Below are positions 58,250 through 64,000 of a DNA stretch of 64,000 nucleotides, piece by piece. Origin of the DNA: Candidatus Hermodarchaeota archaeon (GTDB lineage Archaea > Asgardarchaeota > Hermodarchaeia > Hermodarchaeales > Hermodarchaeaceae); the NCBI GenBank assembly GCA_016840065.1, contig JAEOTB010000091.1, positions 32,001-96,000 of the forward strand, read 5' to 3'. The first letter of the stretch is position 1. Each line of letters opens with the position of its first letter. The notes beneath the pieces were generated by a model. The model was not told where the DNA came from. It ran no database searches and saw only the letters and a list, made by a program, of their open reading frames with translations. The position numbers and the translations under genes were made by a program.

Positions 58250-58546
58250 ATGCCCGACCCCCCAGAGGATGTACACGATGCCATCATCCGATTCAACCGC
58301 CAATACAACCCCACAATAACGGCAAAGTTCCTCACCTTCAACGACAACGAACTCCACATCCAATTCACAGGACCCCTAAGCAGCGTTGTCGGAATCTCAG
58401 ATTATTTTGAAGACTTCATTATCGAACTCGACTCCTGCGCCCCCATTAGCCTCACTCTAAAAGACTACAAACAGGAAGGCAATATAGCCTATCACGTACG
58501 ATACAATGTGACCTACCGAAGCGGCACCTGCACTTGTGGGAAATAA
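58250..58546 (+). CDS. Small archaeal hypothetical protein
   Basis: FNR..P...AK, FTGP and DYFEDF pattern; C-terminal CTCG. Confidence 0.55.
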   Translation: MPDPPEDVHDAIIRFNRQYNPTITAKFLTFNDNELHIQFTGPLSSVVGISDYFEDFIIELDSCAPISLTLKDYKQEGNIAYHVRYNVTYRSGTCTCGK

Positions 58547-58592
58547 GTGGAATCACTGTTGAGGAGAGCGACCGAGTTAGATAGGGCGTAGT

Positions 58593-60014
58593 TTATTCAT
58601 CGAAGTTTTGATGAACCTGCACAGTTTCGCCAAGATGATTCAGGACCTCAATCCGCATCGCTATTTGTCCATTAACCGAGTGCACAGCACAACTGAGGCA
58701 CGGATCGTAGGCCCTTACGACCATCTCTATGTTAGAGTAGATGATTGGGTTCACTACGCCGTTTTTAATGAGGCGGCGAGCCATGTTCAAGACGCCTTGG
58801 TCCATACCACCGTTGTTGCCGACGGTGGAGACGATGAGGTTTACGTTGGTGAGAATGCCTTCGTCATTAGCCGTGTAGTGGTGGATGAGTGTGCCCCGCG
58901 GGGCCTCGATGACACCGACGCCTTGACCTCCACGAACTTCGAATTCCTGCATGATATTATCGGAGGTAATTTCGCTGTCGTTGAGAAGTTGGGTGCCGCG
59001 TTCGATGCTATAGAGGATTTCGACCATTCTGGCCCAATGGTAGAGGAAGGTGTGGTTCATAGTTTTACCAAATTGAGCGCGCATCTTCTCCAGTTCCTCA
59101 CGGGCTAGAGGTGTGGTAATCGAGTCAGCGACGTTGAGACGAGCAAGCGGACCAACTCGATACATTCCACCAGGCCAGCCTCGAGGTCTATAGAAGGGGA
59201 ATTTAAGATAGGAATAATCAGTAACGTGTTCTCCGATGTGTTTCAGGTAGTCTTTCACAGGAAACTCGGCAAGGCGTGTACCGTCATGGTCAACTAATCG
59301 GAGGGGACCGTTGTAGAGCTCGAGGTTCCCTTTGGTCACGAGACCCAGATAGCCTGACTGGAGTTCGTCTAGGAGTTCAACCTTTCCTAGAAGAGGCGCC
59401 ACAACTGGGAGAAGTTCCGTGGCGAGTCCATGCGCTTCTTGCATTTGTTGGAGGAGATCGCCGCGAACGTCTTCGCTGAGAGGTTTTGATATGCCTCCTG
59501 GCTGGGCAGTAACAGGATGAATAGCCCTACCGCCAACAGCTTGAATTGTATTCTGACCTATTTGGCGGAGGCGGATAACCTTCTTCACTAGTTCTGGATT
59601 CTGCTTGAGTAGTGTTACCACATGACGGGTTTCAGGACCCGTATCAGGGAGTAGAAGGTCTGGTGCTGCAAGATAGAAAAAGTGAAGCACATGACTATGC
59701 AGAATCTGACCCATATGCATGAGTTCACGCAAGAGCTTGGCAGGCCTTGGCGGGTCAAGACCGTACAAAGCATCGGCAGCGTGAGCTGAAGCAAGATGAT
59801 GGGAAACAGGACATATACCACACATACGCGTGGCTATACGCTGAGCTTCCTCGACAGGTCTTCCGGTCATGAACTTTTCAAAGCCCCGGACATCCATCAC
59901 ATGGAAGTGAGCGTCAGCGACTTCGCCTTTGGCGTCAAGTTGGATAGTGATAGCGCCGTGGCCTTCTACGCGGGAAACTGGGTGGATTTTGATTGTTTTG
60001 CCTTTTTCGGTCAT
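58593..60014 (-). CDS. mvhA: Group 3c-type [NiFe]-hydrogenase large subunit
   Basis: RVEGHG, RMCGICPVSH and DPCLSC motifs. Confidence 0.92.
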   Translation of the reverse strand: MTEKGKTIKIHPVSRVEGHGAITIQLDAKGEVADAHFHVMDVRGFEKFMTGRPVEEAQRIATRMCGICPVSHHLASAHAADALYGLDPPRPAKLLRELMHMGQILHSHVLHFFYLAAPDLLLPDTGPETRHVVTLLKQNPELVKKVIRLRQIGQNTIQAVGGRAIHPVTAQPGGISKPLSEDVRGDLLQQMQEAHGLATELLPVVAPLLGKVELLDELQSGYLGLVTKGNLELYNGPLRLVDHDGTRLAEFPVKDYLKHIGEHVTDYSYLKFPFYRPRGWPGGMYRVGPLARLNVADSITTPLAREELEKMRAQFGKTMNHTFLYHWARMVEILYSIERGTQLLNDSEITSDNIMQEFEVRGGQGVGVIEAPRGTLIHHYTANDEGILTNVNLIVSTVGNNGGMDQGVLNMARRLIKNGVVNPIIYSNIEMVVRAYDPCLSCAVHSVNGQIAMRIEVLNHLGETVQVHQNFDE

Positions 60015-60946
60015 GTTTTTGCAGCCTCCTTGGGTTTGGCTGTTGCAAGGTGAAGGGCTTTTTTGAAGGTGGAAGTAGCGAAGGTGAACCTGAGGTAAGT
60101 GCCGACGATATCGGGGATTTCCTTGGCGGTTTGGTCAGGTGGAGCTTCTTTGAAGTCTTTAGTGGTGATGGAGCCGATTGCACCAATCATCTTAGCGGCC
60201 TGGTCGTCAACAGCTTCGGTGGGACCAAAGCAGCCGCGGCAGGGTGCGAGGGCGGTTGGGCAGCGGGCCTCACAGCCACTCTGTGTTGCGGGTCCCATGC
60301 ATTGGAAGCCTTGTTCGAGGACACAGCGTTCAGGATCGATGCGTTTTGTGCCCCATCGGTAAAAGTGGGTGACGTTCTTCTCTTCTTTGTGAAGGGGGCA
60401 TTCGTCACAAACGGTTTTAGGTTCGAGTTTGAATTCTCTGCCCTCAAGTAGACACGTGACGAGTTCGGCGATGAGTTTGGGCGGTGGCGGACATCCAGGG
60501 AGTACATAGTCCACCTTGACATAATCGCTGAGAGGATGAAGTTCAGGGAGCATTGGTGGGACGACCTTGTGTGGGATGACACCATCTGGATTGACCGTGC
60601 TCTTGGTGTCGATGTAGACTTCCTGCAGGATTTCCTCTTTGGTGTGGAGGTTTGCTAGACCAGGGATCCCGCCGAATGCAGCGCAAGCTCCAAAAGCGAC
60701 AAGGACTGTGGAGCGTTCACGCATCTTTTGGAGGAGTTCCACTTGTTCTTCATTGCGTACTGCGCCTGAGACAAAACCTACGGTGACGCCTTCTTTGGGT
60801 GGTTCACGGAAATCCATTAAGACCTGAATGTACTTGAGATCGATTGCGTCAAGTACACCAACTAGTGCTTCATGGAGATCCAGAATTGCGATTTCGCATC
60901 CTGAGCAGATGCTCAATGTTTCTACTGCAAGGCTTGGTTTTGTCAT
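60011..60946 (-). CDS. mvhG: [NiFe]-hydrogenase small subunit
   Basis: CSGC, GACA, PGCPP, VCDECP and CRGCFGP motifs. Confidence 0.92.
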   Translation of the reverse strand: MTKPSLAVETLSICSGCEIAILDLHEALVGVLDAIDLKYIQVLMDFREPPKEGVTVGFVSGAVRNEEQVELLQKMRERSTVLVAFGACAAFGGIPGLANLHTKEEILQEVYIDTKSTVNPDGVIPHKVVPPMLPELHPLSDYVKVDYVLPGCPPPPKLIAELVTCLLEGREFKLEPKTVCDECPLHKEEKNVTHFYRWGTKRIDPERCVLEQGFQCMGPATQSGCEARCPTALAPCRGCFGPTEAVDDQAAKMIGAIGSITTKDFKEAPPDQTAKEIPDIVGTYLRFTFATSTFKKALHLATAKPKEAAKT

Positions 60947-60947
60947 T

Positions 60948-61373
60948 TTACTCAGGTCCTCCGTTGAAGAGCGGGTTGGGCCCTAATGTCTTTATCTCTT
61001 TTACGAATGACTTCATGGTCTCTGCGAATTTGGCGCCTTCAGCCGCTGAGACATATGCAAGACGAAGTCTTTCTGGTTCTATGTTCATCGCCTTAAGATA
61101 CTCCTTAAGGAGTGCAACACGCCTAGCCGTTTGGTAGTTGCCTGTTAAGTAATGACAATCTCCAGGATGGCAGCCCGCGATGAGGACACCGTCTGCTTTG
61201 AGTTTCAGTGCCCGTAGAACGAAGATTGGATCCACGCGGCCGCTACAGTTCACTCGAATAATCCGAGCATTGGGTGGATACTGCATGCGTGAGGTCCCTG
61301 CCATGTCTGCACCTGCGTAGGAGCACCAGCGACAAGCAAAGGCTACGATTTTCGGTTCGAAGGATTTACCCAT
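60948..61373 (-). CDS. mvhD: Hydrogenase [2Fe-2S] subunit MvhD
   Basis: CRWCSY, CSGRVD and GCHPGDCHY motifs. Confidence 0.95.
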   Translation of the reverse strand: MGKSFEPKIVAFACRWCSYAGADMAGTSRMQYPPNARIIRVNCSGRVDPIFVLRALKLKADGVLIAGCHPGDCHYLTGNYQTARRVALLKEYLKAMNIEPERLRLAYVSAAEGAKFAETMKSFVKEIKTLGPNPLFNGGPE

Positions 61374-61375
61374 GT

Positions 61376-63352
61376 TTATTTCGCCTCCTGAAAGAGGGCT
61401 TCAAGTTGAGCCAGTATCTGTTCAATCGTGAAGTGTTGAGGAGATATAGCGTTATTAGGACAGGCTGCAGCACATGTACCGCATCCTTTGCAGGCCTCTT
61501 CGGTTACTTGAGCGCTGTTATCGACGACATTGACAGCACTGTATGGACAGGAAGCTTCACAGCAACCACAACCCGCACAGAGATCCTCGTCCACAATGGC
61601 CGCATATGGTTGGAGCATTACTTTACCAGCAGCCAGCATTGCCAGAGCGCTTGCGGCTGCACCTTTGGCCTGCGCAACAGAATCAGGAATGTCTTTGGGC
61701 CCTTGAGCTGCACCGGCGATGAAAATCCCGTCTGTGTTTGTGTCAACTGGGCGTAGCTTAGGATGGGCTTCTAGGAGGAAACCGTCAGCACTCCGCTGAA
61801 TTCCTATCGCCCGAGTTACTTTCTCAGCATCACTAAACACTTCTAGACCACAGGATAATACGACCATATCTGCTTCCATTTCGATGGGCTGGGCGAGAAG
61901 TGTATCTTCTGCACGAACTACTAGTCTATCTGATTCGAAGGAGTGGCGGATTTCAGAGACACGACCCCTAACGAAACCGACCCCGTAATCCCTCGCGCTT
62001 GACTCGTAGAACTCTTCATACCCCTTACCAAAGGCACGCAAATCAATGTAAAAGATGGTAACTTCAATATCCGGGTATTTCTCCCTGATCTGGCGTGCTT
62101 GCTTAAGCGCCGCCATACAGCAAACCCTTGAGCAGTAGGGATTGTGGCGTTCACTGCGAGAACCCACACACTGTACATACGCGATGCGCTTCGGCTTCTC
62201 CATAGTGGAGGGACGGACTATTTTTCCTTCAGTGGCACCCGCAGCGCTAAGCATCCGCTCCATCTCCAAGTTAGTCATAACATCTGGGTAAAGTCCGTAA
62301 CCATACTCGAGCACACGTCGACCATCGAACAACTGGAAACCGGTGGCGACTATGATTGCACCCACTTCCAGCTCTAGAATCTCTGTTTCCATCTCGTAAT
62401 CAATCGCTTCTGCCTCACACTTCTCCTTGCACTTACCGCACGCAATCGGGGTCATACCAAGGCAGTGTTCAGTGTCGATGACGTAGGCGTTTGGTACAGC
62501 TTGAGCGAATGGGATGTAGATTGCCTTCCTCCAGCTAAGCCCAGCATTGAATTCATCCGGTACATTGACTGGGCATACTTCCACACAATCATCACAGCTA
62601 GTGCACTTGTCCTCAATCACGTAACGTGGTCTCCGCTCTACCTTCACAGTAAAATTGCCCACGTAGCCCTGCACCTCCTGAACCTCGCTACAGGTCAGAA
62701 GCTCAATGTTAGGGTGCTGACCGACTAGGCTCATTTTTGGCGTCAAAATACAACTGCTGCAGTCTAGTGTTGGGAAGGTCTTGTCGAGCTTTGCCATATG
62801 ACCGCCGATGCTGGGTTCCTTCTCGACGAGATACACTTTGTATCCTGCGTCGGCTACATCAAGGGCGGCTTGGATACCAGATATGCCAGCTCCAACCACA
62901 AGTACACTCGGATTCACTGGGGATTCTCTCTGCTCGAGAGGCTGCAACTCTGATGCACGGGCTACCGCCATCCGAACAAGATCTTTAGCTTTGTCAAGGG
63001 CGGCGGCTTCTTCGCCGCTGTGAACCCATGAGCAGTGTTCGCGGATGTTAGCCATATCGAAATAATATACGTTTACGCCCATACTTTCTAGTACCCTGCG
63101 AAAGGTTGTCTCATGTAGAGTTGGACTGCAAGCAGCGACAACGACACGATTCAACCCTGCTTCCCGGATTTTCTCACGAATGAGATCCTGACCAGGGTCT
63201 GAGCACATAAAACGATATTCCGTTGCGACAACGACATGGGGTAGTGTCTTTGTATATTCGAGCAGTTTAGGGATATCAATGACACCTGCAATGTTAGACC
63301 CACAATGACAGATGAAGACACCAATTTTAGGCTGTTTTTCTGATTCCGCCAT
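61376..63352 (-). CDS. hdrA: Heterodisulfide reductase subunit A
   Basis: CHCGSNIA, ACSP, KTFPTLDCSSC, CVGSR and CSRVCC motifs, ferredoxin motifs. Confidence 0.95.
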   Translation of the reverse strand: MAESEKQPKIGVFICHCGSNIAGVIDIPKLLEYTKTLPHVVVATEYRFMCSDPGQDLIREKIREAGLNRVVVAACSPTLHETTFRRVLESMGVNVYYFDMANIREHCSWVHSGEEAAALDKAKDLVRMAVARASELQPLEQRESPVNPSVLVVGAGISGIQAALDVADAGYKVYLVEKEPSIGGHMAKLDKTFPTLDCSSCILTPKMSLVGQHPNIELLTCSEVQEVQGYVGNFTVKVERRPRYVIEDKCTSCDDCVEVCPVNVPDEFNAGLSWRKAIYIPFAQAVPNAYVIDTEHCLGMTPIACGKCKEKCEAEAIDYEMETEILELEVGAIIVATGFQLFDGRRVLEYGYGLYPDVMTNLEMERMLSAAGATEGKIVRPSTMEKPKRIAYVQCVGSRSERHNPYCSRVCCMAALKQARQIREKYPDIEVTIFYIDLRAFGKGYEEFYESSARDYGVGFVRGRVSEIRHSFESDRLVVRAEDTLLAQPIEMEADMVVLSCGLEVFSDAEKVTRAIGIQRSADGFLLEAHPKLRPVDTNTDGIFIAGAAQGPKDIPDSVAQAKGAAASALAMLAAGKVMLQPYAAIVDEDLCAGCGCCEASCPYSAVNVVDNSAQVTEEACKGCGTCAAACPNNAISPQHFTIEQILAQLEALFQEAK

Positions 63353-63367
63353 AATGATTGCACACTC

Positions 63368-63925
63368 CTACCTTTTTTCCTGTTTTAGCGCCTCTTGCCC
63401 GAGCCTCACACCTTCGTCGAAGGCTCGACGGTTAAGTTCAACAAAACGCGGAAACGCCTTCGCAATAGCCTTCCGCATAGCATCCGCGCTAACCACCTTG
63501 GAGATGGCAGTGAACGCACCCAGCATCACTACATTGGTTACCAGCGCGTTCTTCAGTACCTCACGGGCTGTTGCTGCGGCCGGTATACGGAATATCCGCA
63601 CCTTCTGTTTAATTTCTCCCGCTTTAACTAGGTCTGAATCAATAATCGCAATACCCCCCTCCTTCAAATCCGGACTATACTTCACAAAGGCTTCAGTCGA
63701 TAAAGCCACGAGAATATCAGGAGCAAGCACCAAAGGATAGTCGATCTGCGTATCCGAAATGACAATCTCTGATTTACAGGCACTCCCCCGAGATTCCGGT
63801 CCGTACGATTGAGTCGAAACGGCTTCTTTGCCGCCATAAATCGAGGCTGCCTCACCAAGAATAACGCCACTCTTTACTATTCCTTGTCCTCCGAGGCCAC
63901 CGAGACGGATTTCAATTCGAGTCAT
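63368..63925 (-). CDS. 2-oxoacid:ferredoxin oxidoreductase gamma subunit
   Basis: GLGGQG, SYGPESRG and NVVMLGA motifs. Confidence 0.92.
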   Translation of the reverse strand: MTRIEIRLGGLGGQGIVKSGVILGEAASIYGGKEAVSTQSYGPESRGSACKSEIVISDTQIDYPLVLAPDILVALSTEAFVKYSPDLKEGGIAIIDSDLVKAGEIKQKVRIFRIPAAATAREVLKNALVTNVVMLGAFTAISKVVSADAMRKAIAKAFPRFVELNRRAFDEGVRLGQEALKQEKR

Positions 63926-63934
63926 TTTATCATA

Positions 63935-64000
63935 TCACCTCTTCTGCAAGCGGGCCTCCAGTTCGGCGAGCCGCTGAGTGAACTCGGGCTTCTCCTCATC
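63935..64000 (-). CDS. C-terminus of upstream gene, probably oxidoreductase beta subunit (partial)
   Basis: DEEKPEFTQRLAELEARLQKR then stop; assigned by position only. Confidence 0.45.
   Translation of the reverse strand, partial: DEEKPEFTQRLAELEARLQKR

Noticed and set aside
58593-63352. Selenocysteine recoding in HdrA/MvhD/MvhA
   Set aside because: All ORFs are uninterrupted and have Cys at the relevant motifs.

Overview
Archaeal chromosomal window. The evidence is archaeal-type ribosomal and translation genes, aCPSF1, an Sm-like protein, BHB-intron tRNAs and many TTG/GTG starts. Gene content suggests an Asgard- or Bathyarchaeia-like lineage, but the taxon cannot be fixed from sequence alone. 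(1) About 1-33.8 kb is a large surface-glycosylation region: flippase, six GT4 enzymes, two GT-C-like membrane proteins (one with LamG), three UDP-GlcNAc 2-epimerase paralogues, tailoring enzymes, an NDP-sugar pyrophosphorylase and a DPM2-like protein. It contains a sulfate-activation module (tauE, RHH regulator, sat, AlkP-family enzyme, cysC) and a few housekeeping genes. (2) About 34-53 kb is a conserved translation and RNA-processing region with five tRNA genes; three carry introns, two of them at non-canonical sites. (3) About 53-58.5 kb is an accessory block including dinB and an RHH-like protein/NYN-SH3 cassette. (4) About 58.6-64 kb is a kor-hdrA-mvhDGA energy operon. The best candidate for an undescribed system is the PAPS module. 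It has no classical sulfotransferase, its RHH regulator carries the RLRALGY tail that the neighbouring AlkP enzyme lacks, and a twin TAATG-N6-CATTA palindrome overlaps its promoter. The second candidate is the RHH-like protein plus NYN-SH3-SH3 cassette. All family assignments come from motif recognition by eye, not database searches.
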